In this document: positions 18,073 through 28,084 of the stretch, piece by piece
Position numbering within the stretch: position 1 is the first letter of the stretch
Layout of the letters: the number at the start of each line of letters is the position of its first letter
DNA from: Dehalococcoidia bacterium
Lineage (GTDB): Bacteria > Chloroflexota > Dehalococcoidia > UBA2979
Assembly (NCBI GenBank): GCA_963667465.2
Contig: CAXXDN010000002.1
Location: 1,568,001 to 1,632,000 of the forward strand
Direction of reading: 5' to 3'
Length of the DNA stretch: 64,000 bases
Made by a program: the position numbers and the translations under genes
Notes under the pieces: generated by a model
Told to the model about the DNA's origin: nothing
The model's database searches: none
What the model saw: only the letters and a program-made list of their open reading frames with translations

Positions 18073-18840
18073 CTACGGGAAGAGGTCGTCCTCGACGCCA
18101 CGCACGATCTCGCGGGCCGATCCCTCGCCGCGCTCGTAGGGGTAGCCGCGCACGATGACGACCGGGACGCCCTCGCTCTTCGGCATCGAGAGGCCGGCGG
18201 CTCCGGCGATCTCGTCGGCGGGGCAGGGCGTGCTCACGCGCATGATGCGGCCGTCGAGGTCCGGCAGACCCTCCAGCGGGCGCAGCGGGCGCAGGCCCGC
18301 GAGGCCAATCGCGATGTTCGTCTGGCCCGTCCGCCAAGCCCGCCCGAAGGTGTCGCTCACGATCACCGCCAGTCCGATGCCGAGTCGCTCGCGCACGCTG
18401 TCGCGGAAGGCGCGGGCCGAGGCGTCCGGGTCGACCGGCAGCAGCGAGATCAGGTCCGTGCCGCCGACGTTCGAGGCGTCGACGCCGCTGTTGGCGCAGA
18501 CGAAGCCGTGGCGCGTCTCCGTAATCAGCACGCCCTTCAGCTGCCGCACGACGCGCACGGACTCGCGCAACACCGCCTCTGTCTGGCGCGGGTCCTTGTC
18601 CCACGCCTCGGACCACTCGAGCGCGAAGGGCGAGGGCTCGAACTCGTCGAGCGGCAGCACGCGGCCCTCGGCCTTGGAGACGATGCGCTGCGCGACCACG
18701 ATCGCGTCGCCATCGAGGAACGGCGTGCACTGGGCAGCGGCGGCCTCGATCGCGAGGGCGGCGATGTCGTCGCCTTCCTCGACGAGCGGCATCCCGGCGA
18801 CGCCGATCACGCGTACGTCCGGGTAGGAAGGGGCGCTCAC
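18073..18840 (-). CDS. cofE: Coenzyme F420-0:L-glutamate ligase
   Basis: IVSKAEGR, GFVCANSGVDASN, LLPVDPDASA, SDTFGRAWR, ADEIA. Confidence 0.95.
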   Translation of the reverse strand: MSAPSYPDVRVIGVAGMPLVEEGDDIAALAIEAAAAQCTPFLDGDAIVVAQRIVSKAEGRVLPLDEFEPSPFALEWSEAWDKDPRQTEAVLRESVRVVRQLKGVLITETRHGFVCANSGVDASNVGGTDLISLLPVDPDASARAFRDSVRERLGIGLAVIVSDTFGRAWRTGQTNIAIGLAGLRPLRPLEGLPDLDGRIMRVSTPCPADEIAGAAGLSMPKSEGVPVVIVRGYPYERGEGSAREIVRGVEDDLFP

Positions 18841-19505
18841 TCGGGCAGTCCGGAGATCTCCACGTGGGTCTGGGCGCGGTGACGGATGTTGATGCCGATC
18901 AGCAGGATCGTCAGGCCCTCGACGAAGCGCGAGTAGCGCAGCGGGCCGGCGTCGACGGCGCGCACGCCCTCGATCTCCTCGGCGAGGGCGAACACCGTGC
19001 GCTTCGCCTCCTCGTTACCGCCGGTCACCAGCACGTCGGCGTGCACAGGCTGGTCGGGGTCGAGCAGGATCTCGGCGGAGAGGTTGTGGAACGCGCCGAT
19101 CACGCGCGAGTCCGGCAGCAGTGCGGCCGCCTCCTCGGTGGCGGAGCCGGCCTCGACCTCGACCGGGCGAGGGCCGCGCTCGAAGCGCACCGGCACCACC
19201 GCGTCGACGACGATCTTGCCGGCGAGTGCCCCGGCGAGGTCGGCGAGCGTGGCGGCGTGGCCGTCGTAGGGGACGGTGACGACGACGAGATCCGCCTGCG
19301 CGACAGCGTCCGCGTTCGCCGCGCCGCGTACGTCACCGACGCCCTCGCGGCCCTCGATGCTCGCGCGCAGCTCCGCGGCGATGCTCTCGCCGCGAGCGGC
19401 GTCGCGGCTGCCGATCACAACGTCGCGGCCGGCGAGCGCGAAGCGTACGGCGAGGCCGCGGCCCTCTGGCCCGGTGCCGCCGATCAGGGCGATGGTGCGA
19501 GACAT
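18837..19505 (-). CDS. npdG: NADPH-dependent F420 reductase
   Basis: GGTGPEGRGLA, IGSR, GSATEE, GAFHNLSA, VDAGPL. Confidence 0.93.
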   Translation of the reverse strand: MSRTIALIGGTGPEGRGLAVRFALAGRDVVIGSRDAARGESIAAELRASIEGREGVGDVRGAANADAVAQADLVVVTVPYDGHAATLADLAGALAGKIVVDAVVPVRFERGPRPVEVEAGSATEEAAALLPDSRVIGAFHNLSAEILLDPDQPVHADVLVTGGNEEAKRTVFALAEEIEGVRAVDAGPLRYSRFVEGLTILLIGINIRHRAQTHVEISGLPE

Positions 19506-19669
19506 CCGCAGTCCTCGATTCCTTGGTGGTCAGCCCGCCGGCGACGCCCGCCGGATCGGCGCGAGCAGCCCGGTGCAACCCGCCGCCTGTCCGTACAATG
19601 AGCCGCGCGAAGCCTACCGGCGGGCGGCGGACAGCAGCAACCGGCCGCCGCAAGACTGGAGCAGCGAAG

Positions 19670-20467
19670 ATGAGCGAGCAGGCTGCGACGGTGGAGGTGG
19701 CTTCGCCCGCCCTCGAGCTGCGCGCGATCGCGCATCGCTACCCCGGGCGGCGCGGCGCCGCGCCGCTGCGCTCGCTGGACAACGTGACGATCGAGGTCGG
19801 CGCCGGCGAATTCGTCTCGCTTGTCGGGCCGAGCGGTTGCGGCAAGACGACGCTGCTGCGCATCGCGGCGGGGCTGCTGACGCCCTCCAGCGGCTCGGTG
19901 CAGGTGCTGGGGGAGGATCCGGGGCGGCGCCGGGGCGCGCCCGCGGTCGGGCTTGTTACGCAGGAGCCCGGCCTGCTGCCGTGGCGCACGGCGGCGGGCA
20001 ACGTCGCGCTGACGCACGAGCTGGCCGGCGGGCGCGCCTCGCGCGCCGACGTGCTCGCGCAGCTCGGGCGGGTCGGCATCCGCGCCTTCGCCGACTTCCA
20101 CCCGCGCGAGCTCTCCGGAGGCATGCGCCAGCGCGTCGCGCTCGCGCGGGCGCTGGCGCACGAGCCGCGGCTCCTGCTGATGGACGAGCCGTTCGGCGCG
20201 CTCGACGAGCTCTCTCGCGAGGAGCTGCGGCGCGAGCTGCTGCGGATCTGGGAGCGCGAGCGCATCTCCGTGCTGTTCGTTACGCACTCGATCCGCGAGG
20301 CGGTGCTGCTCTCCGACCGCGTGGTCGTGATGAGCCCCGGGCCCGGGCGCATCGTCGCCAACCTGTCGGTCGAGCTGCCGCGGCCGCGCGCCGAGGACAT
20401 CGAGGAGACACCGCCGTTCGCGGCGCACGTCGCGCGCATCCGCGCCGCGCTCGAGGGCGACGCCTGA
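19670..20467 (+). CDS. ABC transporter ATP-binding protein (SsuB/TauB/NitT type)
   Basis: GPSGCGKT, LSGGMRQR, LLMDEPFGALD, VTHS. Confidence 0.95.
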   Translation: MSEQAATVEVASPALELRAIAHRYPGRRGAAPLRSLDNVTIEVGAGEFVSLVGPSGCGKTTLLRIAAGLLTPSSGSVQVLGEDPGRRRGAPAVGLVTQEPGLLPWRTAAGNVALTHELAGGRASRADVLAQLGRVGIRAFADFHPRELSGGMRQRVALARALAHEPRLLLMDEPFGALDELSREELRRELLRIWERERISVLFVTHSIREAVLLSDRVVVMSPGPGRIVANLSVELPRPRAEDIEETPPFAAHVARIRAALEGDA

Positions 20468-21432
20468 TGCGCCCCGCAACCACCTCGGACGTCGCGGACC
20501 TGCTCGACGGCATCCCCGGCGAGGCCGCCGCCGGCGAGGCCGGCACGGGCGTCTCGCTGCGGCGGCTCCCCCCGCCGCGCGAGACCTCGCGCGACGAGGC
20601 GGATCTGCTGGACGCGACGCTCTACGTCGCGCAGCCACCGCCCGCCCGAGGCTGGGCGCTACCCTCGCGCCGCGAGCTGCTCCTGACCGCAGCCCCGCCG
20701 CTGGCTGCCGCGCTGCTGCTGGTGCTGGTCTGGGAGCTCTGGATCCGCGTCCGCGAGGTGCCGATCTACCTCGCGCCCGCACCGTCGCAGGTGATCGAGA
20801 CACTGAGCGAGGACCCCTCGCGCTTCATCGAGGCGGGCAGCGTCTCCGCACAGCACGCGCTCGGCGGGCTGCTGCTGGGCGCTGGCAGCGCCTTCCTGCT
20901 CGGCGTGCTGATGGCGCACTCGCGGGTGATCGAGCGCTCGATCTACCCGTTCGCCATCCTCGTCAAGGTGACCCCGATCGTCGCGGTCGCGCCGCTGATC
21001 GTGATCTGGTTCGGCTTCGGCGTCTGGCCCAAGTTCATCGTCGCCGCGCTGATCACGTTCTTCCCGATGCTCGTGAACACGATCACCGGCCTGCGAACGA
21101 TCGACGCGGCGACGCACGACTTCTTCCTCGCGCTCGGCGCCTCGCGCTGGCAGGTGCTGTGGCGGCTGCGGCTGCCCTCCGCTCTGCCTTACCTCTTCGC
21201 CGGGCTGAGGATCTCGATTCCGCTGGCGCTGATCGGGGCCGTGATCGCCGAGTGGATCCGGGCCGACTCCGGCGTCGGCCAGATGATCGTGATCGCGCAC
21301 GGGGACTTCGACACGCCGACGCTGTTCGGCGCGATCATCGTGCTCGCGGTGATCGGCGTGGCGTTCACCGCCGCGCTCGCCCTGATCGAGCGGCGACTGC
21401 TCTTCTGGCACGACTCCTCGGCGGGACCGTAA
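20467..21432 (+). CDS. ABC transporter permease (SsuC/TauC type)
   Basis: TPIVAVAPL, GASRWQVLWRLRLPSALP, GAVIAEW. Confidence 0.93.
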   Translation: MRPATTSDVADLLDGIPGEAAAGEAGTGVSLRRLPPPRETSRDEADLLDATLYVAQPPPARGWALPSRRELLLTAAPPLAAALLLVLVWELWIRVREVPIYLAPAPSQVIETLSEDPSRFIEAGSVSAQHALGGLLLGAGSAFLLGVLMAHSRVIERSIYPFAILVKVTPIVAVAPLIVIWFGFGVWPKFIVAALITFFPMLVNTITGLRTIDAATHDFFLALGASRWQVLWRLRLPSALPYLFAGLRISIPLALIGAVIAEWIRADSGVGQMIVIAHGDFDTPTLFGAIIVLAVIGVAFTAALALIERRLLFWHDSSAGP

Positions 21433-21491
21433 GGCCGCCAGCGCCGATGCTGGCGAGCGCCGATGCTGGCGAGCGCGAGAGCGGCCGAGGG

Positions 21492-22535
21492 ATGGCGCGA
21501 CGAATGAGCCGAGCGAGACTACGCACGCGCAACGTCACGACGGCGGGACTGCTCGCGCTGCTGCTGCTCGGCGGGCTCCTCGCCGCGGCCTGCGGCGATG
21601 ACGAGGGCGAGGCCGAACTGCGCGAGGTCACGTTCATGGCCGGCTTCCGGCCGCAGGCCACGCTGCCCTTCACCGCCGTCTACGTCGCCGCCGCGCAGGG
21701 CTATTTCGCCGAGGAGGGCCTCGCCGTCGCGATCCAGCACTCCACGCAGGGCGAGCACCTGCAGCTGCTGCTCGCCGGTGACGTCCACTTCACCACGGGC
21801 ACCGCGGCGCAACTCATGCGGCGCCGCGCGGCCGAGACCCCCGTGCGCGCGGTCGCGCTGTTCGGGCAGCGCGGCGACCAGGGCTTCGTCGCGCACGCCA
21901 CCTCCGGCATCGACACCCCTGCCGACTTCGCCGGCCGCAGCGTCGGCTTCAAGGCCGGCGTCGTGCCGGCCGAGCTGCTCGCCCTGCTCGCCACGGCGGG
22001 CCTCGAGGCGGACGACGTCGACCTGATCGGCGTGCCCTTCGATGAGCGCGTCTTCATCGAGGGCGGCGTCGACGTCTTCCCCGTCTTCCTCAGCAACGAG
22101 CCGAACCGGATCCGCAACGCCGGTTTCGAGGTCAACGTCTTCGACCCGGCCGACCACGGCGTCGCCACGCTCGGCCTGACGCTCCTCGCGCACGCGGACA
22201 CGATCGCCGACGACCGCGACCTCGTGCAGGCGTTCGTGCGCGCCGCGATGCGTGGCGCCAACTACGCCGCGGCCAACGTCGAGCGCGCGATCGAGATCGT
22301 GCTGACTCACGCCGAGGGCGCCGACGCGTCGCACCAGCGCTACCTGCTGGAGACCGACCTGCGCAACGCGCAGCGCGCCAACGGCATGGGCCGCGCCACG
22401 CTCGACCAGTGGGAGGCGCTGCAGGCCGTCCTGATCGGGTTCGACCCGGCCTTCGACGGTCCGGTCGATGTCTCGACGGTCTTCGACGGCTCGTTCGTGG
22501 ACGCGATCTACAACGACGACGGCACGCTCAAGTGA
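21492..22535 (+). CDS. ABC substrate-binding lipoprotein, NMT1/THI5-like
   Basis: Lipobox LAAAC; YVAAAQGYFAEEGL; NEP. Confidence 0.88.
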   Translation: MARRMSRARLRTRNVTTAGLLALLLLGGLLAAACGDDEGEAELREVTFMAGFRPQATLPFTAVYVAAAQGYFAEEGLAVAIQHSTQGEHLQLLLAGDVHFTTGTAAQLMRRRAAETPVRAVALFGQRGDQGFVAHATSGIDTPADFAGRSVGFKAGVVPAELLALLATAGLEADDVDLIGVPFDERVFIEGGVDVFPVFLSNEPNRIRNAGFEVNVFDPADHGVATLGLTLLAHADTIADDRDLVQAFVRAAMRGANYAAANVERAIEIVLTHAEGADASHQRYLLETDLRNAQRANGMGRATLDQWEALQAVLIGFDPAFDGPVDVSTVFDGSFVDAIYNDDGTLK

Positions 22536-22675
22536 GCCCGCGCGAGCCCGAGGCGCCGCCGGGCACCGAGGAGATCCGGCAGGCCGCCGAGGCGCTCGCC
22601 GGCCTGCTGCCGCTGCCGACACCGCTGGTCTACTCGCCCGCGCTCTCCGAACGCCTCGAGGCGCACGTTTCGCTG
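22532..22675 (+). pseudogene. 5' remnant of a threonine/serine dehydratase (IlvA-like) gene
   Basis: GTGA-coupled frame EEIRQAAEALAGLL...TPLVYSPALSERLEAHVSL; similarity breaks just before the expected KLE. Confidence 0.65.
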
Positions 22676-22699
22676 GCAAGCCGGGACGCCGCCGGACAG

Positions 22700-24547
22700 C
22701 TAGCGCCAGATCGAGATGCGTCCGCTGGCGCGCTCGACGTCGTCGAACATGATCTCGAACGTCCAGCGCCCTGCCTGGAGGCCGTCCTCGAACGGCAGGC
22801 CGACCCACCAGGTCCCGCTCTCGCCGCCCCGCCAGGGAACCTGCGGCGACTCGTAGGCAAGTTCGCCATCGCGGAAGACGCGCCAGCGCAGGTGCTCCGC
22901 CGTCGAGGCGCCCTGGTACTCGAAGAACGCCAGCAGCTGGGGTGAGCCTACCTCGGGCGGCTCGGCCTTGCCGGGCTCGATCCGGCTCATCGTCGAGCCG
23001 AAGCGCAACTGGCCAACCCACGGCGTGGGCGTCCACACCCCGACGTAAGCGCGGCCCGAGGCGCGCAGCTGGCCGTCGACCCATACCTCGAGCGTCCACC
23101 GGCCGTCGGGAATGCCGGAGCGGTTGGGCGAGGAGAGCCGGTCCGACACCACGGCGAAGGGACCGCTCGTCCAGCGGTAGGTGGAGGAGAGGTGGTCCTG
23201 GAAGGAGTCGTAGTAGTACCAGAACTCCTGCACGATCGCGCCGTTCGGGATGCCCTGCGCGACGAACTCGTACTGCAGCTCCGTCGTCCGCCAGGAGAAA
23301 GCCCGGCCGTAGTCGAAGAGGTTCCGCTCCCCGTCCTCCTCGATCACCTCGGCCGCGAATTGCGGCGCGCCGATCACAATGCCGTCTTCAGGAGCGGCGA
23401 GCGAGGTACCCGGCACGCCGCCGGGGTGCGAGAGCGGCGGCACATAGGGCGCGCCCCTGCTTGACTCGCGCGCCTGATCGAGCACCGCTGCCGCCAGCTC
23501 CAGCGGGCGGACGTGAACGATCGGCACGGTAGCGTTGTAGCTGGATTGCGCGGCGATGCCGATCAGATCGCCGGCGCTGTTGTAGACGGCGGCCCCGCCG
23601 TAGCCGTGCGGCAGCAACGCGTCCGTCTTCAGCCAGGCGCGATCGCCGAGCGCCGAGTCACCGCGACCGCCGGACAGCGTGGCCTCGGTCACCGTGACCG
23701 CCTGCGGCGTCTCGGCGCCCGAGGGATGCAGCCCCGGGTGCCCGAGGATCAGCAGCGAATCACCGTTCGTGAGGGTGCTCGAGTCGCCGATCCCGGCCGC
23801 CGGCAGCACGAGCAGCGCCCCGCCCGTGTCGCCGGAGCCGTCCGCCACGTCCTCGCTCGCGACAACCTCGCTTGCGGCGGCGGCAGGCGCGCCGCCGATC
23901 TCATCAAGCAGCGCCACGACACGCAGCACCGCGAGCTCCGAGACCGGATCGAGCGCCGCGAGAACGGCGCGGTAGGCGACCACCGGCTCCTCGCCGGGAA
24001 TCGGACTGACGGCGATGGCGATCTCCGAGTAGCGCCTCGTACCGTCCGCCTCGAACGGGTCGACGACGTGAGAGCTCGTCAGGATCAGCCCGTGAGCGAC
24101 ATCAATCACGACGCCGCTGCCATCGCGCACGATCGGCGGGCTCCGTTCCGGATCGGTGACCAGCACCTGCACGACGCTGCGCGCGAGCTTCGCGCGGAAC
24201 TCATCCGGATCCGGCTCGGCGTCCTGCACGGCAGTCACCGCGGCCTCGTCGTTCTGGGCGTCGGCGTCGGCCGCGTCTTCCGCAGCGCCGGCGGGCCGCA
24301 AGTCTATCGGGAGCAGCAGGAGCGCCGGCGTCGAGTCGGGAGCCGGAGCGGAGGCGGGCGCCTGCGCGTCGGCGGGAGCGGCGGGAGTGATGGCGGATCC
24401 GGCGGCGGCCGTGGCGGCAGGCGCCGACGGAGCGGGGGTGGGTTCCTCGCCCGGGATCAGATCGGCCGCCTGCTCGCAGCCGACGGCCGCGACGGCCGCG
24501 ACGGCCAGCGCGAACAGGGCGAGCAACAACAGCGTCCGACGACGCAC
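22700..24547 (-). CDS. Lipoprotein with degenerate trypsin-like (S1) domain and C-terminal beta domains
   Basis: Lipobox AVGC; GSGVVI, ILTSSHVV, LGHPG, KTDALLPHGYGG. Confidence 0.8.
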   Translation of the reverse strand: MRRRTLLLLALFALAVAAVAAVGCEQAADLIPGEEPTPAPSAPAATAAAGSAITPAAPADAQAPASAPAPDSTPALLLLPIDLRPAGAAEDAADADAQNDEAAVTAVQDAEPDPDEFRAKLARSVVQVLVTDPERSPPIVRDGSGVVIDVAHGLILTSSHVVDPFEADGTRRYSEIAIAVSPIPGEEPVVAYRAVLAALDPVSELAVLRVVALLDEIGGAPAAAASEVVASEDVADGSGDTGGALLVLPAAGIGDSSTLTNGDSLLILGHPGLHPSGAETPQAVTVTEATLSGGRGDSALGDRAWLKTDALLPHGYGGAAVYNSAGDLIGIAAQSSYNATVPIVHVRPLELAAAVLDQARESSRGAPYVPPLSHPGGVPGTSLAAPEDGIVIGAPQFAAEVIEEDGERNLFDYGRAFSWRTTELQYEFVAQGIPNGAIVQEFWYYYDSFQDHLSSTYRWTSGPFAVVSDRLSSPNRSGIPDGRWTLEVWVDGQLRASGRAYVGVWTPTPWVGQLRFGSTMSRIEPGKAEPPEVGSPQLLAFFEYQGASTAEHLRWRVFRDGELAYESPQVPWRGGESGTWWVGLPFEDGLQAGRWTFEIMFDDVERASGRISIWR

Positions 24548-24702
24548 AACGCCTCCCTCGGCGATTGTCTCCGTCCCCCGCCCGGCAGCCGGACAACCCC
24601 AACCTAGCGCTCAGGCCGCTCCATGTCATCTGTAAACCGGCCACGGCGCGGTTGAACGAGCCGGTTGTCGTACACTCCCCGGGCAGCGGGGAGGTCCCTT
24701 TC

Positions 24703-25518
24703 GTGCAGTGGCTGGACCGGATGCGGCCCCCGGCGGTGGCCGTCGTAGACCTGCAGGGCATGATCGGACCGGCAGTCCGTCCGATGGACTTCACGCGCTT
24801 GCTCGCGCAGCTGCGCGAGGACCAGTCGGTCCGCGCGGTGGTCCTCAACATCGACTCACCCGGCGGCACGGCGGTTGGCTCGGAGATGATCGCGCGGGCC
24901 GTGCGGCGGCTGCGCGAGGAGAAGCCGACCGCCGCGTTCATCGGCGGGATCGGCGCCTCCGGCGGTTACATGATCGCCGCCTCGTGCGAGCGGATCGTCG
25001 CCCTGCCCTCGGCGATCGTCGGTGCGATCGGCGTCATCTCCTACCGCCCGATCGTGCACGAGGCGCTCGACCGCCTCGGCGTGCAGATGCACGTCGGCAA
25101 ATCCGGCCGCCTCAAGGACATGCTCTCCCCCTTCCGCGAGCCCACCGAGGAGGAACGCGAGAAGGAGCAACGCCTGCTCGACTCGCTCTACGAGCTGTTC
25201 GTCGAAAGCGTCGCCGCCGGGCGTGGCCTCGACAGCGACCACGTCCGCGAGTTCGCCACCGGCGAGGTCTTCGCCGCCGCCGACGCGATCGAGCGCCAAC
25301 TGATCGACGCCACCGGTGACCTCGACGACGTGATCGACTGGGCGGCGGAGCAGGCGCAGACGCCGCGGCGCGTGCGGTTGGTCCGCCCTCGCAAGGGCCT
25401 GCGCGGACTGCTGCTCGGCCGCGCCTCGGCGGCGCTGGTCGCCGGCCTGCTCACGGAGTTGGACGCCTCGGCGCCCACGGGGGGCGGCTACGCGCTCTAC
25501 ACGGGCGGCCGGTCGTGA
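24703..25518 (+). CDS. sppA: Signal peptide peptidase SppA (S49)
   Basis: IDSPGG, ASGGYMIA, GAIGVI, KSGRLKD; RBS GGAGGT before GTG. Confidence 0.92.
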   Translation: MQWLDRMRPPAVAVVDLQGMIGPAVRPMDFTRLLAQLREDQSVRAVVLNIDSPGGTAVGSEMIARAVRRLREEKPTAAFIGGIGASGGYMIAASCERIVALPSAIVGAIGVISYRPIVHEALDRLGVQMHVGKSGRLKDMLSPFREPTEEEREKEQRLLDSLYELFVESVAAGRGLDSDHVREFATGEVFAAADAIERQLIDATGDLDDVIDWAAEQAQTPRRVRLVRPRKGLRGLLLGRASAALVAGLLTELDASAPTGGGYALYTGGRS

Positions 25519-26081
25519 TCATCCCCTTCGACGGCAAGACGCCGCAGATCGCGGCCAGCGCCTGGATCGCGCCGGGCGCGACAATCATCGGCGACGTGGT
25601 GATCGGCGAGCGCAGCTCCGTCTGGCCGGGCGCGGTGATCCGCGGCGACTACGCGTCGATCCGCATCGGCGCGGACGTGAGCGTGCAAGACAACGTCGTG
25701 ATCCACAACGACGAGCCGCTGACGATTGGCGACGACGTCACGATCGGCCACGCCGTCGTCATCCACTGCAAGGAGATCGGCGACGGCGTGCTGGTCGGCA
25801 ACAACTCCACGGTAATGCCCGGCGCGGTGGTCGGCGCGAACTCGATCGTCGGCGCCGGCGCGCTGGTGCCTCCGAGGATGGAGACGCCGCCCTACTCGCT
25901 CGTGCTCGGCGTGCCGGGCAAGGTGCGGGAGGCCGCGCCGGACCGCATCGAGCGCCTCAAGCGCGAGGCCGAGGGTCCGATGCCCTACTCCGAGAACGCG
26001 GCGCGCTACCGCGCCGAGGGCATCGAGGATCGCACGGTCTGGACCCCTCCCGCGGACGCTCCGGAGCACGAAGCCACTTAA
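25515..26081 (+). CDS. Gamma carbonic anhydrase family protein
   Basis: IIGDVVIG, VIRGD, VQDN, VTIGH hexapeptide repeats. Confidence 0.93.
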   Translation: MIIPFDGKTPQIAASAWIAPGATIIGDVVIGERSSVWPGAVIRGDYASIRIGADVSVQDNVVIHNDEPLTIGDDVTIGHAVVIHCKEIGDGVLVGNNSTVMPGAVVGANSIVGAGALVPPRMETPPYSLVLGVPGKVREAAPDRIERLKREAEGPMPYSENAARYRAEGIEDRTVWTPPADAPEHEAT

Positions 26082-26170
26082 CGCTCCGGTTACGGTGCGC
26101 CGCCGTACGGTGGATCTGCGGCGCGCAGGGCTCCAGCCGCTGTCCTCCCGGCACACCACGGAGGTGCACA

Positions 26171-27484
26171 GTGCGGCGAAGCACCTGGATCAACACCATC
26201 GGGATGGCCGTCATCATCGTTGCCTCGATGACGCTCGGCGGTCTGCTGGCCGTCAATGTCGCGGGCGACGGCGAGCGCGGAGCGCCGGAGACGAGCGTCG
26301 CCGTCGCGACCGCCACTCTTGCGACCGCCCCAGCGGAGCCGCCCGCCCCCTCGCCAACGGCGCGGCCTGCGCCAACATCCAGCCCAGCGGCCACCTCGAC
26401 CCCGACCGCCGTGACCCCGACCGCCGTGACCCCGACCGCCGTGACCCCGGCCGCGACGGCGACGGCGACCGCGCGGCCCAGCGCGACCCCCGAGGCCACC
26501 CCGACGCCGGCTCTGGCCGGGGAACCGGCGGTGGCGCTCCCCGACCTGCCGGACCTGGTCGATCGGGTGATGCCGTCGATCGTGCAGATCCGCGTGGGCG
26601 CAGCAGGCACGGGGAGCGGGATGGTGATCGACCGCGACGGGCACATCCTCACGAACCGCCACGTGATCGAGAACGCCACGAGCATCGTCGTCGAATTGCC
26701 CGACGGCACGACGGCGACGGCGGAAGTGATGGGGTCCGACGCCGGGAACGACCTGGCGGTGATCCGCGCCGAGCTGCCCGCCGAATCGCTCACTCCCGCC
26801 ACGTTCGGGGACTCCGGCACGGTCCGCGTCGGCGAGCCGGTCTTCGCCATCGGCAACCCCTTCGGGCTCGGCTTCACCGTGACGTCCGGCATCATCAGCG
26901 GCCTGGGGCGGGAGTCCGACGGCGAACCGGGCGGGCACCGCATCCGCGGCGTGCTGCAGACCGACGCCGCCGTGAACCCCGGCAACTCGGGCGGTCCGCT
27001 CTTCAACGCCGACGGCGAGGTGATCGGCATCAACACAGCGCTCGAGAACCCCTCCGGCCAGCGTGTATTCGTGGGCGTCGGCTACGCGGTGCCCTCGAAC
27101 ACGGCGCGGCGCTTCATCCCCGCACTGATCGCGGGCGAGGAGATCGAGCACCCGCAGCTCGGCATCGCAGGCATCGGGCTGGACGTGATCAGCGCCGGGG
27201 ACGCCGGTGTCGACAATGAGCGAGGCGTCTACGTCACCCACGTCGTGCCGGACAGCGCCGCCGCCGCCGCCGGCCTGGTCGCCGCCTCGACCCCGGATGG
27301 CTCCGGCCTCGACCGTGGCGGCGACGTGATCACCGCGATCGACGGCGTCGCGGTGAACGACGTCCAGGAGCTCGCCCGGATCATCGACAGCCACGACGTG
27401 GGCGACACGGTCACGCTGACCGTGGTCCGCGACGGACAGCCGATCACCGTGGAGGCGACACTGCGCGCCTGGATCACCAGCTGA
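26171..27484 (+). CDS. HtrA/DegP-like serine protease with PDZ domain
   Basis: TNRHV, DLAVI, QTDAAVNPGNSGGP, GDVITAIDG. Confidence 0.95.
   Translation: MRRSTWINTIGMAVIIVASMTLGGLLAVNVAGDGERGAPETSVAVATATLATAPAEPPAPSPTARPAPTSSPAATSTPTAVTPTAVTPTAVTPAATATATARPSATPEATPTPALAGEPAVALPDLPDLVDRVMPSIVQIRVGAAGTGSGMVIDRDGHILTNRHVIENATSIVVELPDGTTATAEVMGSDAGNDLAVIRAELPAESLTPATFGDSGTVRVGEPVFAIGNPFGLGFTVTSGIISGLGRESDGEPGGHRIRGVLQTDAAVNPGNSGGPLFNADGEVIGINTALENPSGQRVFVGVGYAVPSNTARRFIPALIAGEEIEHPQLGIAGIGLDVISAGDAGVDNERGVYVTHVVPDSAAAAAGLVAASTPDGSGLDRGGDVITAIDGVAVNDVQELARIIDSHDVGDTVTLTVVRDGQPITVEATLRAWITS
26398..26449 (+). repeat. In-frame 15-bp tandem repeat (TPTAV x3) in the HtrA linker
   Basis: GACCCCGACCGCCGT x3 plus partial. 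Confidence 0.9.
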
Positions 27485-27503
27485 GCTGACGCCCTCGAGG
27501 GAC

Positions 27504-28058
27504 TCAGGACGCGGGCGGCAGCGGCAGCGGGCGTCCGGCGACCAGCAGCCAGGCGCGATCGGCGGCGGCGGCGACGCGCTGGTTCACGCGGCCCAGCAGA
27601 TCGCGGTAGTGGCGGCCAAGCGGGTACGCCGGCACCAGGCCCGCGCCGACCTCGTTCGTCACCACGATCGTCTCGCCCTCACGCGCGCGTGCGGTGGCGA
27701 TCAGCCGCTCGGCCTCGCCGTCCAGTTCGGCGTCGAGGGCGGCGACCGCCTCGAGGGTCGGCGCCTCGCCGAGCTCGAGCAGGCGGTTGCTCACCCACAG
27801 CGAGAGGCAGTCGAGCAGCACGCACGCAGCGCCGTCCGCCTCCGCGAGGGCGCCCACCGGGTCACGCGGCGCCTCGAGCGTGCGGGCGGCGGCCGGCCGG
27901 TCGCGGCGGTGCGCCTCGATCCGGGCGGCCAGCTCCTCGTCGCTCGCGACCATGGTCACGAGGTAGACGAGCGGGTGGCCGGCGTCGCGTGCCAGCCGTT
28001 CGGCGAAGCGGCTCTTGCCGGAGCGTGCGCCCCCGGTGACGAAGCTGATCTCACCCAT
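27504..28058 (-). CDS. cobU: Adenosylcobinamide kinase / guanylyltransferase
   Basis: GGARSGKS, DCLSLWVSN, TNEVGAG, YRDLLGRVNQ. Confidence 0.95.
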   Translation of the reverse strand: MGEISFVTGGARSGKSRFAERLARDAGHPLVYLVTMVASDEELAARIEAHRRDRPAAARTLEAPRDPVGALAEADGAACVLLDCLSLWVSNRLLELGEAPTLEAVAALDAELDGEAERLIATARAREGETIVVTNEVGAGLVPAYPLGRHYRDLLGRVNQRVAAAADRAWLLVAGRPLPLPPAS

Positions 28059-28084
28059 GCTGGACGTCCGAGAGCGCAGCTCGG

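Noticed and set aside
19506-19669. TPP riboswitch ahead of the NMT1/THI5-like ABC operon
   Set aside because: No CTGAGA...ACCTG core found, so the substrate is left unassigned
21440-21476. 16-bp tandem duplication between permease and binding-protein genes
   Set aside because: Two copies only; most simply a slippage event
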